Origin: a virus
Virus record (IMG/VR): IMGVR_UViG_3300000976_000009
Span: 141,151-205,150 of that record
Direction: 5' to 3' (one strand)
DNA length: 64,000 bases
A program made the translations under genes and the position numbers. Every line of letters starts with the position of its first letter. Positions within the stretch are counted from its first letter, which is position 1. Positions 9,277 to 17,619 of the stretch are shown here, in pieces. The notes below the pieces were generated by a model. The model was not told the DNA's origin, made no database searches, and saw only the letters and a program-made list of their open reading frames with translations.

Positions 9277-9893
9277 AATTAAATATACTTAAAATACTAA
9301 GAGAAAAATTTATGTCAGAGGCAGAGGTTGACCCACATACTAATGACAGAATTAGGGATAGAATTATATCCATGTCTGATGAGGATTTACCTAAAGAAAT
9401 TAAAGAACAAATTTTAACAACATTTGATAAAGTAGAATCAATAGATTTCCCAAAAAAAAGAGATTATGTTGTATTTTTAGGGCAATTCCCAATTAATGTG
9501 AATTCTAAATATTATAGAGAATTCCAAGGTGGTAAGTATTATGAAATTGAGGGTTCGATAGGTAATCAATTTTGGGTAATTGTTAGAAAAAATAGTATTA
9601 ATACATTTATGTTAGCTACTAGCCACCAAACTAAGAATCCAACAAAAAATGCTGATAGATTAAATGTTGATTTTTCAATTAATGATATTGATAAATTTAG
9701 TGCTAATCTAGATAAAAGCCGAATAAAGAAAGAAAGAGTACCTATGGTACAAATTAATGGTGTTAAATGGATAGTAGATGTTGAGAATGAAACAATATAC
9801 AAAAAGAATAAACAAACCGTTAAACACAGGATTGTGGATATGATTGATAGTGTTGATGAGAAGACACAGGAAGAGATAATGAACTTTTTTTAA
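9273..9893 (+). CDS. hypothetical, possible virion protein
   Basis: N-terminal ILRE..SE leader. Confidence 0.6.
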   Translation: MKLNILKILREKFMSEAEVDPHTNDRIRDRIISMSDEDLPKEIKEQILTTFDKVESIDFPKKRDYVVFLGQFPINVNSKYYREFQGGKYYEIEGSIGNQFWVIVRKNSINTFMLATSHQTKNPTKNADRLNVDFSINDIDKFSANLDKSRIKKERVPMVQINGVKWIVDVENETIYKKNKQTVKHRIVDMIDSVDEKTQEEIMNFF

Positions 9894-9944
9894 AAAAAAC
9901 ACTAAATTGTTTGGACAATTGAAATATCTTTACTATATTTGTAA

Positions 9945-10072
9945 TGTGTTTGAGAGAGGTACAAATCACTAGGATGCCAAATTCCTGTCGCTAGTGGTCG
10001 TCTTCTTATGAAGCTCATAGGTCCGCAAGACCTATTAACCCCAGAGTAAAGGATTGTGACGGGTTAAACACA
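9945..10072 (+). ncRNA. unassigned structured RNA
   Basis: TGTGTTTGA/TTAAACACA closing stem, internal hairpins, follows TATATTTG promoter. Confidence 0.5.
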
Positions 10073-10076
10073 AACT

Positions 10077-10157
10077 GGGAATAGAATGAATTGTACACGG
10101 CTAGTACGAGTCAGCCTCTAAAACTGATAATATGTGGTTCGAGTCCACCTATTCTCA
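10077..10157 (+). tRNA. putative amber suppressor tRNA (CTA), atypical 8/4 fold
   Basis: TCAGC CTCTAAA ACTGA anticodon arm; GGGAATAG/CTATTCTC; GTGG TTCGAGT CCAC. Confidence 0.7.
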
Positions 10158-10183
10158 CTAATTAAAAACAAAAAACAAAAGTT

Positions 10184-10540
10184 ATGAACACTTAGATTAG
10201 TACAACAGAAAAATTAAGAGTAGTTTCAAGAAGAGACTTACACATTGGCGTTCAAGCCACACAAGCTGGTCATGCAGCAATTCAATTTCAACATGAACAT
10301 TCAGATAAAGCCTCAGCGTGGTATAATATTTCAAACCACTTAGGATTCTTAGCTGCAAAAGACGAGCAAGAATTAAAAGAGCTCATTCAAAGAGCCGAGA
10401 AAAGAGGACTTAATATTTCAATTTTTAGAGAACCAGACTTAGATAACGTTATTACGGCAGTAGCTATTGAAGCTTCGGACGATGGTAGACGTATTACTAG
10501 TCAGTATCCATTATTAGGGAAGGGGGTGGTCTCATGCTAA
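10184..10540 (+). CDS. Pth2-type peptidyl-tRNA hydrolase with in-frame TAG at codon 4
   Basis: ATG AAC ACT TAG then RRDL..G..ATQAGHAA..FREPDLDNVITAVA..YPLL; absent from ORF track. Confidence 0.8.
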
Positions 10541-10797
10541 TAATGGATGATACAAAGAAAAGGGAAATTATCTTTCACTTTAACAAGAAACATTTAGAAG
10601 ACCCAACGATTCCAATGTGGGTGATTAAACACAAGGGTGTGAGCCACTATGTTAATCACATAGACGTGGACTCTGGAGTCGGTTTCACAACCAAAGAGAC
10701 TCCAGATAACCCACGAACAAAGGGTAGTTTAAAATTTAAAGGAAAATTGAAGATTAGTGTTGACAATGGTGATATCCTAGCGTATATTTATTCATAA
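10534..10797 (+). CDS. hypothetical protein
   Basis: coupled ORF. Confidence 0.6.
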   Translation: MLIMDDTKKREIIFHFNKKHLEDPTIPMWVIKHKGVSHYVNHIDVDSGVGFTTKETPDNPRTKGSLKFKGKLKISVDNGDILAYIYS

Positions 10798-10808
10798 ACA
10801 GAAATATT

Positions 10809-11033
10809 ATGGAAAATGAGAAAACGTTAGGTGAGAGCCGAGTAAAGATTGATTTCAATACAACAAATGATTCGTTGGTTGACCAAATTAAAAGAAAGTC
10901 AGCAGAACTGATTGACCTTTGTGAAGAAATTAGAGCTAATGGTTCAAGTGAAAAACAAAGGGTATTATCTTTAGCACAAACTGGGTATGAGGATGCTTGC
11001 ATGTGGGCTGTTAAAGGAAACTTCACTGATTAA
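10809..11033 (+). CDS. small helical protein, Acb2/Tad1-like hairpin possible
   Basis: R.LSLAQT.YEDACMWAVK pattern. Confidence 0.5.
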   Translation: MENEKTLGESRVKIDFNTTNDSLVDQIKRKSAELIDLCEEIRANGSSEKQRVLSLAQTGYEDACMWAVKGNFTD

Positions 11034-11045
11034 TCAGTGAGGAAT

Positions 11046-11117
11046 GGTCGGGTGCTCCGAGTGGCTAGGGACAACTCCGCAAGAGTTGATAGGGATGTTC
11101 GAATCGTCCCCCGACCT
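11046..11117 (+). tRNA. tRNA-Cys (GCA)
   Basis: cloverleaf, U73, loop CCGCAAG (C33). Confidence 0.75.
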
Positions 11118-11280
11118 CAAAAAAACATGTGATTAATATTTATTTTAAATAATCTTATATTATAATAGAAGTATTAAGATGGTATTTCATCTTAAAGTTC
11201 TTTTTTTTAAAGCTCCTACCAAAGTAGGAGCTTTTTTTGGTTTAAATTTGGATATTTATTATTAAATTGTTATATTTGCA

Positions 11281-12435
11281 ATGAAAGAGTTTATTAGAAA
11301 TAGAATTAGAGAAAGTCTTATTATGGAGAACAGAGTAAAATTTAGTATTCCGATACCAGCAGACATTAATGCGATAAAAGATGTGTTCGTTAAAAATGGT
11401 CACAAATTATTTGTCGTTGGTGGTGCGGTTAGGGATTCATTACTTGGCAAGTCACCAAAGGATTGGGATTTAGCTACTGATGCAGTACCAGATAAAGTAG
11501 AAGAGATGATGAAGGGTGCTGGACTTAGAACAATTCCAACAGGTAAGCAATTTGGTGTTATTAATGTTTTTACCGAAACGGATGAATACGAAATTGCAAC
11601 ATTTAGAAAGGATATTGGTTCTGGTAGAAGACCAGATGAAGTTGAATTCACAACAATAGAACAAGACGTTAAAAGGAGAGACCTTACAATTAATGCATTA
11701 TTTTTTGATATCGATACTGGCGAAGTAGTTGACCTAGTTGGTGGAATTGAGGATTTGAAAAATGGTGTTGTTAGAACTGTTGGTAAGGCTGAGGATAGAT
11801 TTGGTGAGGATAGACTTAGAATACTTAGAGCAATTAGATTTGCTGGAAGATTTGGTTCTGAACTTGACCCAGCAGTAGATAGTGCACTTAATAACGATTC
11901 TTCATTAGAAGGTGTTTCTGGTGAGAGAATTAGAGATGAATTCCTTAAGGGATTGAGAACAACTAAGTCAGTTGTACATTTCATGAGATTAAATGAGAAG
12001 TATGGATTACTAGACCAAATTTTTGATGGTCTTAATGTAAATAAGGATTTCATTGAAGAAAAAGAACCAGCGATTCAATTAGCTTGGGTATTAGTTAATA
12101 ATGAACCGACTAAATTAACTAAAGATTTGAATAAGTTAAAATACTCTTCAAATGAAATTAAAGCTGTTACATTCTTAGTGGCATTAACTGATTTCAGAGC
12201 AACGGGTGTTGTACAGTTCAAGAAACTACAAATGAAGTCTGGAGTACATTCAAATTTGATTAAGAAGTTCGCTAAGTTAATTAACTTTGATGAAACAATG
12301 CTCACAGCATTCCTTGAGTTCCAATTAAGTGTGAATGGACAAGATGCCGAGGAAGCTGGGATACCAAAAGGACCAGAGATGGGGATATGGATAAACCAGA
12401 AAGAGGTCGATAATTTTCAAGCACTACTAAATTAA
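11281..12435 (+). CDS. cca: CCA-adding tRNA nucleotidyltransferase
   Basis: VGGAVRD, DWD, RRDLTINAL, EDRLRILRAIRF, ERIRDE. Confidence 0.92.
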   Translation: MKEFIRNRIRESLIMENRVKFSIPIPADINAIKDVFVKNGHKLFVVGGAVRDSLLGKSPKDWDLATDAVPDKVEEMMKGAGLRTIPTGKQFGVINVFTETDEYEIATFRKDIGSGRRPDEVEFTTIEQDVKRRDLTINALFFDIDTGEVVDLVGGIEDLKNGVVRTVGKAEDRFGEDRLRILRAIRFAGRFGSELDPAVDSALNNDSSLEGVSGERIRDEFLKGLRTTKSVVHFMRLNEKYGLLDQIFDGLNVNKDFIEEKEPAIQLAWVLVNNEPTKLTKDLNKLKYSSNEIKAVTFLVALTDFRATGVVQFKKLQMKSGVHSNLIKKFAKLINFDETMLTAFLEFQLSVNGQDAEEAGIPKGPEMGIWINQKEVDNFQALLN

Positions 12436-12486
12436 TAAAAAAGGTTATCTATTGCAGATAACCTTTTTTTTGTATAAATTTGTTGT

Positions 12487-13119
12487 ATGACATGTATAGT
12501 AGGTTATATTGAAAAAGAAAAAGTAATCATCGGTGGCGATAGTGCTGGAGTCGGTGGTTTATCAATCCATATTAGAAGAGACCCTAAAGTATTTAAAACT
12601 GGTCCATTCATAATGGGATTCACATCAAGTTTTAGAATGGGACAATTATTAATGTCCTCAGACTTTAAACCACCCAAGCAGAAAAAAGGGCAATCGGACT
12701 ATGACTTTATGGTAACATCTTTTATCGATGCAGTAAAAGATTGCTTCAAGAAAGGTGGGTACTCACAAAGATATAAAGACGGTGATGATAAGGGTGGAAC
12801 ATTCTTAGTTGGATATAAAGGTGAGCTTTATATGATTGAGAGTGATTATCAAGTAGCAATGACTCATGATAAATATATGGCAGTTGGATGTGGAGAAGAG
12901 TTAGCTGAGGGTGCAATGTATGCAATGGATAATTGTGATATAATCCACCCAAAAGACCCTAAAAAAATAATGACCGTTGCGCTAGAAGCAGCCGCACATT
13001 TCTCTGGTGGTGTCGAAGGACCATTTAATTTTGTGTCAATGACAAAAAAAGAATCTGTTTCGGAAGCCACTAAAATCAAAGAAAAAACGGTGAAAGTTAA
13101 AAAAAATAAAAATAATTAA
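12487..13119 (+). CDS. HslV/proteasome-beta-like Ntn protease
   Basis: MTCIVG N-terminal Thr, GGDSA, AVGCG. Confidence 0.7.
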   Translation: MTCIVGYIEKEKVIIGGDSAGVGGLSIHIRRDPKVFKTGPFIMGFTSSFRMGQLLMSSDFKPPKQKKGQSDYDFMVTSFIDAVKDCFKKGGYSQRYKDGDDKGGTFLVGYKGELYMIESDYQVAMTHDKYMAVGCGEELAEGAMYAMDNCDIIHPKDPKKIMTVALEAAAHFSGGVEGPFNFVSMTKKESVSEATKIKEKTVKVKKNKNN

Positions 13120-13126
13120 CAAAAAA

Positions 13127-13298
13127 GCTTGCTAATTAAAAAACTTTTAGTATCTTTGTAATAGTTATTTTCGATTAATTGGAGACGTAATAGTTACCAA
13201 AATAGTCAAGGTATGTTTAATGAAGAAGAAGGGTAAAACCTTCAATTTATAAGAAACTAAAAAAGCCTTGACTATCCAGTCAAGGCTTTTTTTTTTTT
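13127..13298 (+). promoter_or_regulatory. promoter plus attenuator 1 (leader frame ..SINWRRNSYQNSQGMFNEEEG*)
   Basis: TATCTTTG 13151; TAGTCAAGGT 13203-13212 complementary to terminator 5' arm GCCTTGACTA; terminator 13261-13298. Confidence 0.7.
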
Positions 13299-13316
13299 AT
13301 GTAAAATAATTAGCTT

Positions 13317-13490
13317 ATGGAAGAGGGAGAATTAGTTAGGAAACTAGGAAGTGAAAAGCTACAGGACTTTAAACACAATTTTGATAAAGTCGTTGATAAA
13401 TACAGAGCGATTGCTAGAGCAACAGGATACGAAGGTGAGTTGGTTTTTAAAAAAGAACATGGAAAGATGTTGGTATTTGTTAAATTGTAA
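13317..13490 (+). CDS. 57-aa hypothetical protein
   Basis: ATG..TAA ORF MEEGELVRKLG... Confidence 0.5.
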   Translation: MEEGELVRKLGSEKLQDFKHNFDKVVDKYRAIARATGYEGELVFKKEHGKMLVFVKL

Positions 13491-13493
13491 TAT

Positions 13494-13581
13494 GGTGTTT
13501 GAATCGGATATTGGTTAGCCGAGCTTGACTGTGAATCAAGTAGAAGTAATTCTTGTGCGGGTTCGATTCCCGTCTTTCACC
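13494..13581 (+). tRNA. tRNA-His (GTG), long variable arm
   Basis: G-1:C73, CTTGA CTGTGAA TCAAG; three U:U in acceptor. Confidence 0.7.
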
Positions 13582-13630
13582 CAAAACTCTTTGAAAGAGT
13601 ATAAAGTTCTTTGAAATCTTGGTATAACAC

Positions 13631-13709
13631 ACAGGTGCTTACATTGGCGGGTTAAGCGGTCTCCAAAACCGTAGCTTAGGCTCTGCTGGTTCGACTCCAG
13701 CCATCTGTG
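13631..13709 (+). tRNA. tRNA-Trp (CCA), long variable arm
   Basis: GCGGT CTCCAAA ACCGT. Confidence 0.8.
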
Positions 13710-13715
13710 CAATAT

Positions 13716-13788
13716 ACGTCTATGGTAGTAATGGCTAACACATCGGGTTCCAACCCCGAAGTTCTGGGTTCGAATCCTAGTAGGCGTG
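13716..13788 (+). tRNA. tRNA-Trp (CCA)
   Basis: TCGGG TTCCAAC CCCGA. Confidence 0.8.
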
Positions 13789-13793
13789 CAAAT

Positions 13794-13885
13794 GGAGAGA
13801 TGAGCCGAAAGATTCTGGGTAACGGTCCTCGTCTTGAAAACGAGTTGCCCGAAAGGGTGTGTGGGTTCGAATCCCACTCTCTCCG
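13794..13885 (+). tRNA. tRNA-Ser (TGA)
   Basis: CTCGT CTTGAAA ACGAG, long arm, G73. Confidence 0.88.
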
Positions 13886-13890
13886 CAAAT

Positions 13891-13973
13891 GGAAGGTACC
13901 GTCAAGGTGACAAACAGGGTTTGAACCTCTGGGGTACGGTAAAACGTACGGGTTTCGATTACTCTATCTTCCG
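13891..13973 (+). tRNA. tRNA-Ser (TGA)
   Basis: CAGGG TTTGAAC CTCTG, long arm. Confidence 0.75.
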
Positions 13974-14031
13974 CAAAGGGTTTGGTGGTACCTATAGGAT
14001 TTAGTAACGTTCCTATTAAAACCCACCCCAC

Positions 14032-14116
14032 GGAGAGGTGACAGAGCGGCAATGTGCCAGCTTGGAAAGCTGAGGCTATCCTTCGGGATACGAGGGTTCG
14101 ACTCCCTCTCTCTCCG
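14032..14116 (+). tRNA. tRNA-Ser (GGA)
   Basis: CAGC TTGGAAA GCTG, long arm. Confidence 0.88.
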
Positions 14117-14183
14117 CATATTATATGTAATTACATATAATATTATGAAAAGTATTAAAACTATATGTGAAAACATATAATAT

Positions 14184-14256
14184 GGTGACCGTGGTGTAAC
14201 GGTTAACACGACTGGTTGTGGTCCAGTTAATGGGGGTTCGATTCCCCTCGGTCACC
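14184..14256 (+). tRNA. tRNA-His (GTG)
   Basis: G-1:C73, ACTGG TTGTGGT CCAGT. Confidence 0.92.
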
Positions 14257-14261
14257 CAAAT

Positions 14262-14334
14262 GGACAGATAGTACTAATGGTAAAACTCTTGCCTGTTAAG
14301 CAAGTCGATGTTGGTTCGAATCCAACTCTGTCCG
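14262..14334 (+). tRNA. tRNA-Asn (GTT)
   Basis: CTTGC CTGTTAA GCAAG. Confidence 0.88.
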
Positions 14335-14339
14335 CATAT

Positions 14340-14411
14340 TGTCTCGTGGTGAAATGGTTATCACGCAACGCTGATAACGTTGTATTCCCAGTTCGAATCT
14401 GGGCGAGACAA
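14340..14411 (+). tRNA. tRNA-Ile (GAT)
   Basis: CAACG CTGATAA CGTTG. Confidence 0.9.
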
Positions 14412-14417
14412 CTAAAT

Positions 14418-14494
14418 TGTGTGGTATCCCCCGTGTCTGATGAACATGAGAAAGGTAGCGGTTGAAAACGTGGGTTCGAATCCCACTCACACAA
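14418..14494 (+). tRNA. rearranged tRNA-Ile-like (GAT)
   Basis: anticodon arm directly after acceptor; D-loop-like TAGCGGTT lies 3' of it. Confidence 0.55.
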
Positions 14495-14500
14495 CTACAT

Positions 14501-14577
14501 TGGGTAGTATCCCCTCAAGCTTATATCTTGTAGAAAGGGTAATAGGTCACATGCGGGTTCGAGCCCCGTCTACCCAA
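14501..14577 (+). tRNA. rearranged tRNA-Ile-like (TAT)
   Basis: CAAG CTTATAT CTTG; same layout as 14418-14494. Confidence 0.55.
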
Positions 14578-14581
14578 CAAT

Positions 14582-14655
14582 GGACCTTTAGCTCAGTTGG
14601 TTAGAGCAACGCACTCATAATGCGTAGGTCGTGAGTTCGAACCTCACAGGGTCCA
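14582..14655 (+). tRNA. tRNA-Ile2/Met (CAT)
   Basis: ACGCA CTCATAA TGCGT. Confidence 0.9.
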
Positions 14656-14660
14656 CATAT

Positions 14661-14734
14661 GGATTGGAAGCTTAAGTGGCATAAGCAATCGGCTGTTAAC
14701 CGATAGACAGTGGGTTCGAATCCCACCCAATCCG
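14661..14734 (+). tRNA. tRNA-Asn (GTT)
   Basis: ATCGG CTGTTAA CCGAT. Confidence 0.92.
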
Positions 14735-14789
14735 CATAATACTTTACTTTTGGTGTTAGTCCTTTATATTAACAATAAATGTTAATATT

Positions 14790-15221
14790 ATGGGCAAACT
14801 ATCAGAAGAATTAATAGGAAAAATTAAGGATTATTATAATGAGGGTAATTCTTGTCAGAAGACAGCCGATAAATTCGGTGTGGGTAAAACAACGGTTAGG
14901 TCTTATGTGGATATAAGGGTTAAAAGAAAAAGAAGTGATGAGGAAATCAGAGCGGCTAGGGTTGAGGCTGTACAAAGACGTAGACATAAAGTAAAACAAA
15001 TGGCAATCGATTATAAAGGTGGTTGTTGTCAAGAATGTGGATATGATAAATATAATGGGGCTCTTGAGTTCCACCACCTAGACCCAAACGAAAAGGATTT
15101 TTCACTAGGTTATAAAGGTCATTGTACCGCATGGGAAAAAGTAAAAAAAGAATTAGATAAGTGTGTATTATTATGTTCAAATTGTCATAAAGAAGTACAC
15201 GCTAGTTTAATTAAAATATAG
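14790..15221 (+). CDS. HNH endonuclease with N-terminal HTH
   Basis: CQECG, LEFHH, LLCSNCHKEVH. Confidence 0.85.
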   Translation: MGKLSEELIGKIKDYYNEGNSCQKTADKFGVGKTTVRSYVDIRVKRKRSDEEIRAARVEAVQRRRHKVKQMAIDYKGGCCQECGYDKYNGALEFHHLDPNEKDFSLGYKGHCTAWEKVKKELDKCVLLCSNCHKEVHASLIKI

Positions 15222-15273
15222 TTTATTGGTGTGCCAAATCACCAATTAAAATAACAATTTGGCACATGAATAT

Positions 15274-15362
15274 TCTGGTGTAGCTGAACAGGTTTAGCAA
15301 GGGGCTGTTAACCTCTGATTGAAAATATTGAAATAAAGTGGGTTCGAGTCCCTCCACCAGAG
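15274..15362 (+). tRNA. tRNA-Asn (GTT), long variable region
   Basis: AGGGG CTGTTAA CCTCT. Confidence 0.7.
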
Positions 15363-15368
15363 CAACAT

Positions 15369-15440
15369 TGCGATATAGTATAATGGTTATTACACTTGGC
15401 TCATATCCTTGAAAAGTGGGTTCGATTCCCACTATCGCAA
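15369..15440 (+). tRNA. tRNA-Met (CAT)
   Basis: cloverleaf, loop CTCATAT, weak anticodon stem. Confidence 0.7.
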
Positions 15441-15445
15441 CACAT

Positions 15446-15515
15446 TGCGTGTCTTAGAGGAAAAGACCCACGGCTCATATCTGAGGGTAAGTCGGTTCGA
15501 ACCCGATACACGCTA
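15446..15515 (+). tRNA. tRNA-Met-like (CAT), aberrant D arm
   Basis: loop CTCATAT, T arm GTCGG TTCGAAC CCGAT. Confidence 0.55.
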
Positions 15516-15526
15516 CAAAAATCATA

Positions 15527-15838
15527 ATGATGGGAAAGACATATAAAAAAGCAAAAAAGGAAATTGAACTCGTATTATCTAGACACCCAGAATACGATGG
15601 GTTTGAAGTTAAATTCTGGGGAAGTAGAATGTTCATTAGAGACCCAAAGGGTTGGTCATTTTCATTTCATTTCGATGAATGCCCAATTTATAGATTCGAT
15701 ATTATGCCACCAAAAGATGGTACAGAAAGAAAAAATGGTTGGGGTGGATATAAATTATTTCTTAAACCAGATGATTATAAAATAGGTCGTGATAGGAAAC
15801 CTTGGTTATTTGGTAATGAAATTCCTATTAAAAATTAA
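15527..15838 (+). CDS. hypothetical protein
   Basis: ORF between tRNAs. Confidence 0.6.
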   Translation: MMGKTYKKAKKEIELVLSRHPEYDGFEVKFWGSRMFIRDPKGWSFSFHFDECPIYRFDIMPPKDGTERKNGWGGYKLFLKPDDYKIGRDRKPWLFGNEIPIKN

Positions 15839-15839
15839 T

Positions 15840-15882
15840 ACCTCCGTAGTTCAACGGATAGAATATGGGTTTCCTAAACCAT
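15840..15882 (+). pseudogene. 5' half of tRNA-Arg (CCT)
   Basis: D arm and TTCCTAA loop, no T arm or acceptor 3' strand. Confidence 0.65.
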
Positions 15883-15917
15883 TTGCAATTTTCGGAACGT
15901 TCTGTATATTTATTAAT

Positions 15918-16361
15918 ATGGAAAAGAAATGTACAAAATGTGGTGAGATTAAATCTTTAGAAGATTTTGCTTATAAGAACAAACCGAAAGGGGTTAAAAA
16001 ACCACATTGTAAAGAATGTGATAAAATAGCTAGAAGACAATACTATTTAGATAATAAAGAAAGGATTGTAGAGGATATCCTTATAAGGAATAAAGAAAAG
16101 AAGAAAAGGAATTACACATTCCTACATAAATATTTAGAAACACATCACTGTATTGATTGTGGAAATGATAACCCAATAGTATTGGAGTTTGACCACAGAG
16201 ATGGTGTTGATAAGATTGATAGTATTAGTAAAATGTGTAGTGAGGGTAGGGGTATTGAATCGATTAAAAGGGAAATTGATAAATGTGATGTTAGATGCTC
16301 CAACTGTCATAAAATTAGAACAGCTAAACAGATGAATTGGTTTAGTTACTTAGACTTATAG
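15918..16361 (+). CDS. HNH / endonuclease VII-like homing endonuclease
   Basis: CTKC, CKEC, CIDCG, LEFDH, RCSNCH. Confidence 0.85.
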   Translation: MEKKCTKCGEIKSLEDFAYKNKPKGVKKPHCKECDKIARRQYYLDNKERIVEDILIRNKEKKKRNYTFLHKYLETHHCIDCGNDNPIVLEFDHRDGVDKIDSISKMCSEGRGIESIKREIDKCDVRCSNCHKIRTAKQMNWFSYLDL

Positions 16362-16424
16362 TTCAACAGGATAGAATGAGAACCTCCTAAGTTCTAGATT
16401 TGGGTTCGATTCCCGATAGGTCTA
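16352..16424 (+). tRNA. tRNA-Arg (CCT)
   Basis: AGAAC CTCCTAA GTTCT. Confidence 0.85.
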
Positions 16425-16427
16425 CAT

Positions 16428-16499
16428 ACATCTATAGTTCAATGGATAGAACAATCGGCTACGGACCGATAGATGTAGGTTCGAATCCTACTAGGTGTA
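16428..16499 (+). tRNA. tRNA-Arg (ACG)
   Basis: ATCGG CTACGGA CCGAT. Confidence 0.92.
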
Positions 16500-16504
16500 C
16501 AAAT

Positions 16505-16584
16505 GGCGGTGTAGCCGAGGCATTTTTCTAAATTGCTATCCGTAATTGGAGCTGAAAATGTGGGTTCGAATCCCACCACCGTCT
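16505..16584 (+). ncRNA. tRNA-like RNA without canonical D or anticodon arm
   Basis: GGCGGTG/CACCGTC acceptor and perfect T arm. Confidence 0.5.
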
Positions 16585-16592
16585 CAAAATAT

Positions 16593-16664
16593 CTCTCTAT
16601 AGTTCAACGGATAGAACATCCGCCTTCTAAGCGGAGAATTGGGGTTCGAATCCCTGTGGGGAGA
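16593..16664 (+). tRNA. tRNA-Arg (TCT)
   Basis: TCCGC CTTCTAA GCGGA. Confidence 0.9.
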
Positions 16665-16718
16665 CTAAGTTATACTGAGATAATTTGTTAAAGATAAAAA
16701 TTATTTCTATATTTGCAT

Positions 16719-17288
16719 ATGATTATAAAACACATACACGCTAATGTTGGTATTTTTAATGGTTCACTATATTTTACTGTAGATAATAGATTATTGAGGG
16801 TTGGTGTTTCAACACCCAACTATAATGATTATAATGAGTGGCGATTAGATGAATGGTGCTTATCTAAAGACCCATATAATCCAGATGGTAACCAAATTGA
16901 ATTATCACCATATAAGTTTATTGATATAGAAATTAATAATATTGATTTAAAAATGTTGGAATATTCATCATCTTTAAGTGACTTAAATAACGAATATGAA
17001 ATTGATAGCGAATTAATAAAAAGTTATTCAGATATTGATTTATATTTGTCTGGAATTAAATATTCAAATAATAATCGAATGTCAATATATATTGAAAGTA
17101 AAAATGATTATATTAATTTAGATAGTTTTGATGAATCTAAAGAGACACCATTTCAAAAAGTTTTTTTTAAGATTTTAGAAGGATTTAGAAATGGGTTTAA
17201 ACAAAAAATTATTGATGAGGAAGAAAATAAAATTAAACAAAAGAAATTAAATACTAAGTTAATTAAAGATGCTTTTGAAAAACTTTAA
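16719..17288 (+). CDS. hypothetical protein
   Basis: ORF after TATATTTG promoter. Confidence 0.6.
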   Translation: MIIKHIHANVGIFNGSLYFTVDNRLLRVGVSTPNYNDYNEWRLDEWCLSKDPYNPDGNQIELSPYKFIDIEINNIDLKMLEYSSSLSDLNNEYEIDSELIKSYSDIDLYLSGIKYSNNNRMSIYIESKNDYINLDSFDESKETPFQKVFFKILEGFRNGFKQKIIDEEENKIKQKKLNTKLIKDAFEKL

Positions 17289-17297
17289 TTAATAAAT

Positions 17298-17385
17298 AGA
17301 GAGTAAACCTATCGGGGTATAGGGGCAGTTTGCTAAACTGTACGGACATGAAATAAGGTCTGCGGGTCGGGACCGCTGCTCTCTG
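17298..17385 (+). tRNA. tRNA-Ser (GCT)
   Basis: GCAGT TTGCTAA ACTGT, long arm. Confidence 0.75.
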
Positions 17386-17404
17386 CAAACTTAATTTTTG
17401 TAAT

Positions 17405-17614
17405 ATGGAAAATGAAGTTAGATTATCTGGTTATAATTTTATAGTAACCTACAAAGATGTCGAATATGAATTAAGAACAGATGTTTGTTTGGAACCTTAT
17501 ATATTTGAAGGGTCCATTAAACCAAACCCAGAAGATGCTGGACATACACCAATGGAAATTAAAGAATTTGTTGAACAGGTGTTTTTAAAAGGTAAAGCAA
17601 TTGGGTTAAAATAA
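17405..17614 (+). CDS. hypothetical protein
   Basis: ORF. Confidence 0.55.
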   Translation: MENEVRLSGYNFIVTYKDVEYELRTDVCLEPYIFEGSIKPNPEDAGHTPMEIKEFVEQVFLKGKAIGLK

Positions 17615-17619
17615 TTAAT

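Noticed and set aside
2724-12305. Long antisense ORFs (2724, 11400; likewise 26575, 49409)
   Set aside because: Opposite well-supported genes; typical codon-bias shadows
13536-14604. ORF-track ORFs over the tRNA arrays (also 15223, 44246, 44290, 47337, 47605, 54248)
   Set aside because: Shadows of GC-rich tRNA genes; no protein motifs
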